39,764 bases of DNA, from positions 1-39,764 of IMG/VR virus record IMGVR_UViG_3300047275_000136; one strand, given 5' to 3'. This document shows, one piece after another, positions 25,221-32,786 of this stretch (the stretch's first letter is position 1; each line of letters begins with the position of its first letter). Source of the DNA: a virus (lineage: Duplodnaviria; Caudoviricetes). The translations under genes and the position numbers were made by a program. Under the pieces are notes generated by a model that saw nothing but the letters and a program-made list of their open reading frames with translations, made no database searches and was not told where the DNA came from.

Positions 25221-25782
25221 GGAAATCAGCAATCCTTTGATGTTCGTCAGCAGTACCATCATTCTTAATACGATTAGCTCTCCATGACATGATCATGACA
25301 TTGCCTTTGATGTAGCCTTTAGTTGTATCTAAACGATCAAAGCTAACAGAGTTCTCTTGTCTTTCTGAAGCATAGTAATCAAGTTCAATACCTAGTATAG
25401 GACAATGTGTAGGGAAGAAAAGATCATCAAAGGTAATGTCCCATTCATGTTTGTAGTTAGATGCTTTCTTACGTCTGAACTTCTCTCGTTGTACTTGATA
25501 AGAATCTAGTTCACGTACTGAAGCCTCCTCAGGGTAATGACCCCACTTCTTCTTGTAATTAGTACGTAAGAGCTGTCTACGCTGTGTCCGAGGACGTTCT
25601 TCATCAGTGATACGACCATCTTTGACTAGTTTATCAATCAATTGATGGATACGTTGTCTGCTGACATTACCAAGCTCTTTACGTATCTGTTCAGTGGTCT
25701 TACCTATTTGAACTAAGTTTTGTACTAAGTCTAGTCTTTCTTTAGCAGTTAAGTCTGTTTTAGCAAAGTGATGTAAAGGCAT
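25198..25782 (-). CDS. HNH-type endonuclease with N-terminal HTH (free-standing homing endonuclease-like)
   Basis: HTH-like TTEQIRKELGNVSRQRIHQ; CPILG, SFDRLD..KGYIKGNV...ANRIK. Confidence 0.75.
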   Translation of the reverse strand: MPLHHFAKTDLTAKERLDLVQNLVQIGKTTEQIRKELGNVSRQRIHQLIDKLVKDGRITDEERPRTQRRQLLRTNYKKKWGHYPEEASVRELDSYQVQREKFRRKKASNYKHEWDITFDDLFFPTHCPILGIELDYYASERQENSVSFDRLDTTKGYIKGNVMIMSWRANRIKNDGTADEHQRIADFLRQNQHL

Positions 25783-25803
25783 AGTTTCTCCTAAAGGTAT
25801 CAG

Positions 25804-25830
25804 TGTAACACACTTTACTTACTCAGTCAA
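25804..25830 (-). promoter_or_regulatory. Sigma70-type promoter of the HNH gene (spans ~25802-25830)
   Basis: TTGACT-17 nt-TACACT with extended -10 TGn; AGGAG RBS follows. Confidence 0.65.
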
Positions 25831-25865
25831 GACTCTTTACAGCAATATTTTAAGTGTGGTAAAAT
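25825..25865 (+). promoter_or_regulatory. Late promoter 2 (upstream of head genes)
   Basis: Same AGTCAAGnnTCTTTACAGCAATAT motif; TTTACA-18 nt-TAAAAT with extended -10 TGn. Confidence 0.7.
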
Positions 25866-25871
25866 AACAAC

Positions 25872-26114
25872 ATGGATGTAAAACTACAAAGATACTACGA
25901 AGATAGATTTGACCTGTTTTCAACAGCAGGTTGGGCTGATTTGATGGAAGACGCACAGAAGATGTTCGATGCGTACAACAAAGTCATCAATGTCTCTGAT
26001 GCTAACAATCTATTTTATAAAAAAGGTCAACTAGACATACTTGAATGGCTTCTGACACTCAAAGAAGTATCAGAGAAAGCCTATGAGGATTTGGTCAATG
26101 AGGATACTAAATGA
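25872..26114 (+). CDS. Conserved head-region hypothetical protein
   Basis: GW...KGQL pattern common before scaffold genes. Confidence 0.75.
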   Translation: MDVKLQRYYEDRFDLFSTAGWADLMEDAQKMFDAYNKVINVSDANNLFYKKGQLDILEWLLTLKEVSEKAYEDLVNEDTK

Positions 26115-26337
26115 TTTCGTATGTTCGTTAGGGCATGTCACTGAACACCTAACTGATCATACACAGAAAACTGTAGTTTGTTCTGTTTGCGGTAATGAAG
26201 CACAACGAATGCTTGCTGCACCACGCAGTAAGTTAGAAGGCATCACAGGCTCTTTTCCTGGTGCTGCTGATAGGTGGGCTAAGGTACACGAACAAGCAGC
26301 TAAAGTGGAACAGTCTAAGTCCTACTACGAGGGATAA
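26098..26337 (+). CDS. FmdB-like Zn-ribbon protein
   Basis: DFVCSLGH...CSVCG...R. Confidence 0.7.
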   Translation: MRILNDFVCSLGHVTEHLTDHTQKTVVCSVCGNEAQRMLAAPRSKLEGITGSFPGAADRWAKVHEQAAKVEQSKSYYEG

Positions 26338-26389
26338 CTTAGATTTCTTAAATTCCTAACAATTGGGTTTATCCCGACTAGGAGAGCAA

Positions 26390-27169
26390 ATGGCTAATTT
26401 TGTAGATTCTGTTGATGACGACCAGCAGATGGATGAATTTCAAGCTGAAGAAGTAAAAGCTGAAGAACCTAAACCAGCTCCAGAGATCCCTGACAAACTA
26501 AGGGGTAAATCGATGGACGACTTGATTAAGATGTACCAAGAGGCTGAAAAGCTCATTGGTCGTCAAGCTCAAGAGGTTGGTGAAGTTCGTAAACTTGCTG
26601 ATGAGTTAATCAAGAGGCAAATCACTACTAACAAAGTAGAACCAAAAGAAGCTGTTGAAGAAGATACTGATTTTTTTGCCGATCCTGTTAAGGCAGTTAA
26701 TAAAGCAGTAGCAACGCATCCAGCAGTACAGCAAGCTCAAGTGGCTGCTGCACAGTTGGCTCGTATGCAGACTGCAAACAGGCTAGCTCAATCCCATCCA
26801 GATTATACACAGGTCATCGCTGATCCTGAGTTTGCTGATTGGGTAAAAGAATCTTCTGTTCGCCAACGCCTTTATGCAGCAGCGGACCAACAGTTTGACT
26901 TTGATTCAGCTAATGAGTTGTTAACTAACTTTAAGGCACTAAAGCGAGTGAAACAGGAAACTGTGAATCAAGCTGCCCAACAACTTAAAGAGCAGAATGA
27001 AAAGACTTTGAAGGCTGCTACTGTAACACTGGATGGTGGGACCGGAGAGACGAGCAAGAAAATTTATCGTCGTGCTGATCTTATTCGGCTACAAATGAAT
27101 GACCCTGAACGCTATCTTAACCTGCAACCGGAGATTATGCAGGCTTATGCCGAAGGGCGTGTTCGATAA
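26390..27169 (+). CDS. Capsid scaffolding protein
   Basis: Acidic/helical; precedes the MCP; PDK.RGKS and AYAEGRV patterns; AGGAG RBS before ATG 26390. Confidence 0.8.
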   Translation: MANFVDSVDDDQQMDEFQAEEVKAEEPKPAPEIPDKLRGKSMDDLIKMYQEAEKLIGRQAQEVGEVRKLADELIKRQITTNKVEPKEAVEEDTDFFADPVKAVNKAVATHPAVQQAQVAAAQLARMQTANRLAQSHPDYTQVIADPEFADWVKESSVRQRLYAAADQQFDFDSANELLTNFKALKRVKQETVNQAAQQLKEQNEKTLKAATVTLDGGTGETSKKIYRRADLIRLQMNDPERYLNLQPEIMQAYAEGRVR

Positions 27170-27192
27170 CCTAATTCTTAAGGAAACTTAAA

Positions 27193-28167
27193 ATGGCTGC
27201 AGTAACTTATCCTGGAGGTAGTTCCTCCATCGTTAACAAGACCAATGCGGATAAATTTATTCCAGAGATTTGGTCTGATGAAATCATTGCCGCTTACAAG
27301 AAGAACCTTGTTATGGCAAACCTTGTCAACAAGATGTCTATGCGTGGCAAGAAAGGTGACTTGCTTCATATTCCTAAACCCACTCGTGGTGTTGCAGCAG
27401 CTAAGGCAGCTAACACAGCAGTTACGATTCAGGCTAACGTGGAAGACGAAGTACAAGTTGCTATCAACAAGCACTACGAATACTCACGTTTGATTGAGGA
27501 CATCGTAGAAGTACAGGCTCTGGCTTCTTTGCGTCGTTTCTACACTGAAGATGCTGGCTATGCACTAGCTACGCAGGTTGATGGTGACCTTGTTCGTATC
27601 GGTCGTCTCTTTAACGGCTCACACGCTGCTGGTGCTACTGGTGACTACTCCGTTGCTGGTACAACCACTGCCTACATCGGTGGTGATGGTACTACTGCAT
27701 TCGTTGGTGGTGCTGGTGCTGGTAACGCTTCTGCACTGACTGATGCTGCTATTCGTCGTACCATTCAGCGTCTTGATGACAACGATGTTCCTATGGATCA
27801 GCGTTACTTCTTGATTCCTCCTGTTGCACGTAACACGATGATGGGTCTTGCTCGTTTCACTGAGCAGGCTTTCGTTGGTGAGCAAGGTGGTAACAACACC
27901 ATCCGTAACGGTCAGATCGGTGATGTATACGGCGTTAAAGTGTTTGTTTCAACGAACGCTGACACGGCTTATGCCTCTTCTGGTACTGCTCCACGTGCTT
28001 GCTTGATGTTCCATAAAGATGCAATGGTTCATGCAGAGCAGATGGCTGTTCGTTCACAGGCTCAGTACAAGCAAGAGTATCTCTCAACGCTGTACACCGC
28101 TGACACCCTCTATGGTGTTGCAGAGCTGCGTAACGAGTCCGGTATCGCACTGATTATCCCTAGCTGA
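27193..28167 (+). CDS. Major capsid protein
   Basis: FIPEIWS, GDLLHIP, AGYALA, LDDNDVP...R, GQIG.VYG..V, ADTLYGV..LR; highly expressed codon pattern. Confidence 0.92.
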   Translation: MAAVTYPGGSSSIVNKTNADKFIPEIWSDEIIAAYKKNLVMANLVNKMSMRGKKGDLLHIPKPTRGVAAAKAANTAVTIQANVEDEVQVAINKHYEYSRLIEDIVEVQALASLRRFYTEDAGYALATQVDGDLVRIGRLFNGSHAAGATGDYSVAGTTTAYIGGDGTTAFVGGAGAGNASALTDAAIRRTIQRLDDNDVPMDQRYFLIPPVARNTMMGLARFTEQAFVGEQGGNNTIRNGQIGDVYGVKVFVSTNADTAYASSGTAPRACLMFHKDAMVHAEQMAVRSQAQYKQEYLSTLYTADTLYGVAELRNESGIALIIPS

Positions 28168-28173
28168 TAATAC

Positions 28174-28195
28174 GGAGGGGCTGCAAAGCCCCTTC
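28174..28195 (+). terminator. Hairpin after the MCP gene (weak terminator or mRNA stabiliser)
   Basis: GGAGGGGCT-GCAA-AGCCCCTTC; poor U-tract. Confidence 0.6.
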
Positions 28196-28214
28196 ATAAT
28201 ATATAGAGGTCACA

Positions 28215-28376
28215 ATGGTTTATTTTAGATGTAAGTGGTCAAACAACGTTATCGGTGTTGACTTTGAATACGATGTAGCACAGATGCGTAAACATCCTGA
28301 CTATGATGAAGTGAAAGAAGATAAGAAAGAAGAATCTGAAAAGGCTGCTAAGGTAAAGAAATCTAAAGAGGATTAA
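28215..28376 (+). CDS. Small hypothetical protein (53 aa, MVYFRCKWSNNVIG...)
   Basis: Read manually; GAGGT RBS. Confidence 0.7.
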   Translation: MVYFRCKWSNNVIGVDFEYDVAQMRKHPDYDEVKEDKKEESEKAAKVKKSKED

Positions 28377-28378
28377 TA

Positions 28379-28930
28379 ATGTCTAACTATACGAAGACAA
28401 CAAACTTTACTGCAAAAGATTCTCTACCGTCTGGTAATGCAGGTAAGATCATCAAAGGATCAGACTTTGATTTAGAGCTTAATAACATTGCTACGGCTAT
28501 TGCTTCTAAAGAAGATACTGCTGATTTAGGATCCTTAGCTTATCAAGCACTTGGTGCTGTATCCATCACCGGTGGTTCTATCACAGGTATTGATCCTTTA
28601 TCAGATACTGATGGTAATGTTCGCTCTATACCGCAGTCTGGATCAGCAAAGACTTCTTCGTATACGTTAGCTACTACAGACAATGGTAACTTCATTGAAG
28701 TTGGTTCTGGTGGCTCTATTATTGTTCCTGATGCTACGTTTTCTGCTGGGCAGAATGTAGTTATTATCAACAATACTTCAGGATCCATTACGATTACATT
28801 GAACATTACAACAGCTTATATCTCTGGTGTTAACACAGATCGTTCATCAGTGTCATTAGCAACAAGAGGTCTAGCAACTGTTTTCTTCCTTTCTGGTACT
28901 GTTTGTATCGTATCAGGTAGTGTGGTATGA
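28379..28930 (+). CDS. Tail fibre proximal/adaptor protein
   Basis: MSNYTKTTNF.AKD.L...KIIKG..FD.E.NNIATAI N-terminus; C-terminal domain resembles 21935..22381. Confidence 0.7.
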   Translation: MSNYTKTTNFTAKDSLPSGNAGKIIKGSDFDLELNNIATAIASKEDTADLGSLAYQALGAVSITGGSITGIDPLSDTDGNVRSIPQSGSAKTSSYTLATTDNGNFIEVGSGGSIIVPDATFSAGQNVVIINNTSGSITITLNITTAYISGVNTDRSSVSLATRGLATVFFLSGTVCIVSGSVV

Positions 28931-29788
28931 GTTCTGTTGTTCCTCTTTTATCCTCTACTGAGAACACACCTAAACAGGTGGCTTACACTGTTCCTGGTAC
29001 TTATACATTCATACCACCAGCGGGTGTCACATCCGTATGTGTTGTTGCTATAGGTGGTGGCGGTGGGGGTGGTAGAGACTGGGCTGGCGGTGGTGGCGGT
29101 TTAGGCTATAAAAATAACATTACTGTAGTTCCTGGAAACTCTTATACAGTTGTTGTAGGTGCTGCTGGTATAGGTAGCTATTACGTTGCTGGTTCCTTTA
29201 CTTGGGGTAGTGATGGAGGCGATAGCTATTTTATTGACACATCAACCGTCAAAGGTGGTGGCGGAGGTGGAGGCGGTACAAATGCGGTTGGGTATGTTCA
29301 AGGTATAGGCGGAACATATACAGGTGATGGCGGTGGTAATGGAGGAACGCACTCCACAGCAGATCCTCCAGCGTCTTCTGCGGGAGGTGGTGGTGCAGGA
29401 GGATATTCAGGAACAGGCGGCACAGGCGGTATCGGAGGTGTTTTTAGTCCTGGTGTAGTAAGCGCCAGGTGGTGGTGGACAAGGTAGCAGCGGATATGCA
29501 GCCGGAGGTGGTGGTGGTACAGGCTTATTAGGTAGTGGGTCTAACGGTACAGCAGGCTCTACAGGTAGTGGTTCAAGCGCTGGTAACGGTGGTGGTGGTG
29601 GTTCATCAGGTAGTTCTGGTTCCAATGGATCTGGTGCTGTAGGTGGTGCAGGTGGGTTGTATGGTGGTGGCGGAGGTGGGGGTAGTAGTACATTAGGAAA
29701 TGCAGGAGCTAACGGGGCTTCTGGAGGGGTAAGAATTATATGGGGAGCGGGTCGGTCATTCCCTTCAACGAATACCGGAGATGTGTGA
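28927..29788 (+). pseudogene. Glycine-rich fibre protein interrupted by a +1 frameshift near 29461-29487
   Basis: Frame 0 stops at 29487; the +1 frame 29462-29788 continues Gly-rich and ends GGVRIIWGAGRSFPSTNTGDV. Confidence 0.8.
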
Positions 29789-29997
29789 TGGCTCTCCAGC
29801 ACGTAGACGAACAAGTAAAGCAGATCGGTGATGCTGTATCTATCATCACTGTAGTAGGCGCATTAGCTAACATACTACCTGCTATCGCTGCAATACTAAC
29901 CATCGTATGGACAGCTATACGTATCTGGGAAACAGACACTATTCAGTCTATCTTCAAGAGGAATCAAACTAATGAAACAAAACCCAAAGAAGATTAA
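29788..29997 (+). CDS. Small membrane protein, holin-like
   Basis: GGAG RBS, TGATG coupling; hydrophobic VSIITVVGALANILPAIAAILTIVWTAI then a charged tail. Confidence 0.6.
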   Translation: MALQHVDEQVKQIGDAVSIITVVGALANILPAIAAILTIVWTAIRIWETDTIQSIFKRNQTNETKPKED

Positions 29998-30130
29998 GAA
30001 GGTTATGGGAGAGTACAAAGAAGGAACACTCCATAGTGGTAAAGGCGGTCCTCTTGTTAAGTCTCGTAAGCAAGCAGTGGCGATTGCTTTATCTGAAGCA
30101 GGTATGGCTAAGAAAGGAAAGAAGAAATGA
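29972..30130 (+). CDS. Small basic protein, DUF6496-like (52 aa)
   Basis: KVMGEYKEGTLHSGKGG..VKSRKQAVAIALSEAG. Confidence 0.8.
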   Translation: MKQNPKKIKKVMGEYKEGTLHSGKGGPLVKSRKQAVAIALSEAGMAKKGKKK

Positions 30131-30219
30131 AACCATGTCCAGGATGTCCAACACCAGCGAAGTGTAAGAAGGCTGGTAAGTGTTTGATGAAAGCTAAAGA
30201 AGTAAAGCGTAAGAAATGA
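30127..30219 (+). CDS. Small basic Cys4 peptide (MKPCPGCPTPAKCKKAGKCLMKAKEVKRKK)
   Basis: Read manually; ATGA coupling on both sides. Confidence 0.65.
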   Translation: MKPCPGCPTPAKCKKAGKCLMKAKEVKRKK

Positions 30220-30362
30220 AGCAAGGTCTATACGCTAACATACACGCTAAACGTGAGCGTATTGCTGAAGGCTCCAAAGAGAAGATGAGGAAGCCTGGAA
30301 GCAAAGGTGCTCCTACAAACAAGGCTTTTAAGGAGGCAGCAAAAACTGCTAAGAAGAAATGA
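30216..30362 (+). CDS. Small basic protein (MKQGLYANIHAKRERIAEGSKEKMRKPGSKGAPT...)
   Basis: Read manually; ATGA coupling; recognisable phage peptide pattern. Confidence 0.75.
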   Translation: MKQGLYANIHAKRERIAEGSKEKMRKPGSKGAPTNKAFKEAAKTAKKK

Positions 30363-30616
30363 AAGATCCTCGCTTAGAAAGAGCAGGGGTGTCTGGATAT
30401 AATCGCCCTAAAAAAACACCAGACCATCCTACTAAGAGCCACGTTGTTGTAGCAAAGGACGGTGATCAAGTTAAGACGATTCGTTTCGGTCAACAAGGTG
30501 TTAAAGGTTCTCCTGAAGGTTCTGAACGGAATAAAGCCTTTAAAGCAAGACACGCATCAAATATCGCTAAAGGTAAAATGTCAGCGGCCTACTGGGCTAA
30601 TAAGGTGAAATGGTAA
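30359..30616 (+). CDS. Small basic conserved phage protein
   Basis: KSHVV.AK.GD..K.IRFGQQG...FKARH...SAAYWA.K.KW. Confidence 0.8.
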   Translation: MKDPRLERAGVSGYNRPKKTPDHPTKSHVVVAKDGDQVKTIRFGQQGVKGSPEGSERNKAFKARHASNIAKGKMSAAYWANKVKW

Positions 30617-31266
30617 TGGCTACCTTTCTTGATTGTGTTAATGGTGTGCTGCGTAGAATCCGTGAGGATGAGGTTGTTGTAGTCACTCAAAGTGATTACT
30701 CCAAACTTATTGGTGATATGGTCAATGAAGCTAAGCGTGAGGTTGAAGACGCTTGGAATTGGTCTGTATTACGACAAACCATCACAGTTACCACAGCAGC
30801 CACTACAACTAACTATGCTTTATCAGGAACGAACCTGAGAACTAAGATTGAAGATGCTTATATACCAGCAGCACATTGGTATCTACGTCAGCTATCTGGT
30901 CCTGAGATGAACATGTACTTAAATGTACTGAGTGCTCCTTCAGGTCGTCCTAATAGCTTTGCAATGGCTACAACGTCTTCTGCTGGTGTATTGTCTGTTG
31001 ATGTATTCCCTGTCCCTGATGCAGTCTATACATTAAAGTTTGACTGTTATGTACCACAAGCAGATCTTGTTAACGATACTGATGTTATCTATGTACCATC
31101 AGATGTAGTTATTCAAGGTGCTTATCTACGTGCTATCAACGAACGTGGAGAAGATGGTGGACGTATGTCCGATCAGCAGGCAGATCTATACCGTAAAGTA
31201 TTAGCTAACTACATATCCATTGAAGCTGGTAGAGAGCCTGATCAAGTGCTCTGGGAAGCAGTATAA
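30616..31266 (+). CDS. Tail adaptor / tubular protein A
   Basis: Size and position; FLDCVNGVLRRIRE, WNW and V.PVPD..Y patterns. Confidence 0.7.
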   Translation: MATFLDCVNGVLRRIREDEVVVVTQSDYSKLIGDMVNEAKREVEDAWNWSVLRQTITVTTAATTTNYALSGTNLRTKIEDAYIPAAHWYLRQLSGPEMNMYLNVLSAPSGRPNSFAMATTSSAGVLSVDVFPVPDAVYTLKFDCYVPQADLVNDTDVIYVPSDVVIQGAYLRAINERGEDGGRMSDQQADLYRKVLANYISIEAGREPDQVLWEAV

Positions 31267-32786
31267 TGGCTGATCAACTCAAACCACTGACGATTGTAGC
31301 TCCTGGATTCTATGGTCTTAATACACAGGATTCTTCAGTAACATTACCTAAAGAATTTGCTCTTAGAGCTGACAATGCTGTTATTGATCAGTTCGGACGT
31401 ATTGCTGCTAGGCGTGGTTGGGATAATGTCAACACCTCTGTAGGCTTTAATAGTACAGAACCTGTTGTTATTCACCAAGTTGTTAAAGAAGACGGTAGTA
31501 CAGAGATTCTATCTATTGGTGATAATAAAATCTACTCAGGTACAACGTCATTAACACTGAAGTATACTGGTAGTACTTGGACAGCACAGAACTGGAAAGT
31601 AGTAACCTTTAATGGCTTAACTTATTTCTTTCAACGTGATCACGCTCCTATTGTTTATGATCATACAACAGGCGCTTATTCACTAATGACAGCTTATACA
31701 GGTTACACCGGTACTGTACCACAAGCTAATGAAGTGTTAGCTGCTTATGGTCGTTTATGGGTTGCTGACACAACAACGAATAAAACATTAGTTAGTTGGT
31801 CTGATACATTAATTGGTTATAAATGGTCGGCAGGTTCTTCAGGCTCTGTAGACATTGAATCAGTATTCACTAACGGCACTGATAGCGTTGTCGCTTTAGC
31901 AGCTTTTAATGGTAGGCTCATTATCTTCTGTAAGAGATCTATTGTTGTCTATAGTGGTGCTTCTAGTAATCCGACAAGTAATTTAGCTTTAGAAGAGGTA
32001 ATCGATGGGGTTGGGTGCATTAGTCGTGATTCTATCCAAGATGTCGGAACAGATATACTATTCTTATCCGACACAGGTGTTAGAAGCCTTGGACGAGTTA
32101 TACAAGAGAAATCAGCACCTATCTTTGATGTGTCTAGAAATGTTCGAGATGATCTCATATCCGATGTCATCGCAAACGAAGGAACAGACAACATAAGATC
32201 AGTCTACTATGAAAAAGATGGTTTCTATCTTCTAAGTTTACCAACAAGAGGTTTGTCCTATTGTTTTGATACAAAACAAAGACTTCAAGACTATTCTTGT
32301 AAAACAACACTATGGACTTTAGCCCCTAAATCTCTCTGCAGCACGAATGATAAGAAGTTATATATAGGACGTACTGGTTACATTGGAGAGTACACAGGTA
32401 CAAGCGATAACAGTGAGACGTTTAAGTTCGCTTACTATACAGCACATATTGATGGTAGTTCTCCAGCTATCTTAAAGATTCTAAAGAAGCTAGTTTTACT
32501 TGTTATTGGTGGTCAGGGTACTCGTATAACCTTTAGATGGGGTACGGATTATGGTACTAACTATTCAACGAATCAAACAACACTAGCTAGTTTTACAAGA
32601 TCTGAGTACAACATTGCTCAGTACAATATTAACGAGTTTAATTCTGGTCTTCTTATCAATTCAGTTAAAAAACCTATCAGTGGTAGTGGTAGAGTATTTC
32701 AGATCGGTATTGAAGCAGACATAGGATCAGATATTTTTTCTATTCAACAGTTGGACGCTTTTGTAAAAACAGGTAGGGTCATATAA
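31266..32786 (+). CDS. Tail nozzle / tubular protein B
   Basis: Beta-propeller-like; GLN, GRLW, VGC and FLSDTGV patterns; follows the adaptor. Confidence 0.75.
   Translation: MADQLKPLTIVAPGFYGLNTQDSSVTLPKEFALRADNAVIDQFGRIAARRGWDNVNTSVGFNSTEPVVIHQVVKEDGSTEILSIGDNKIYSGTTSLTLKYTGSTWTAQNWKVVTFNGLTYFFQRDHAPIVYDHTTGAYSLMTAYTGYTGTVPQANEVLAAYGRLWVADTTTNKTLVSWSDTLIGYKWSAGSSGSVDIESVFTNGTDSVVALAAFNGRLIIFCKRSIVVYSGASSNPTSNLALEEVIDGVGCISRDSIQDVGTDILFLSDTGVRSLGRVIQEKSAPIFDVSRNVRDDLISDVIANEGTDNIRSVYYEKDGFYLLSLPTRGLSYCFDTKQRLQDYSCKTTLWTLAPKSLCSTNDKKLYIGRTGYIGEYTGTSDNSETFKFAYYTAHIDGSSPAILKILKKLVLLVIGGQGTRITFRWGTDYGTNYSTNQTTLASFTRSEYNIAQYNINEFNSGLLINSVKKPISGSGRVFQIGIEADIGSDIFSIQQLDAFVKTGRVI

Noticed and set aside
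29430-29436. GTTTTTA as the slippery site for the Gly-rich gene frameshift
   Set aside because: The +1 frame has TAG TAA stops at 29456-29461 downstream of it, so a shift here could not reach the C-terminal half.
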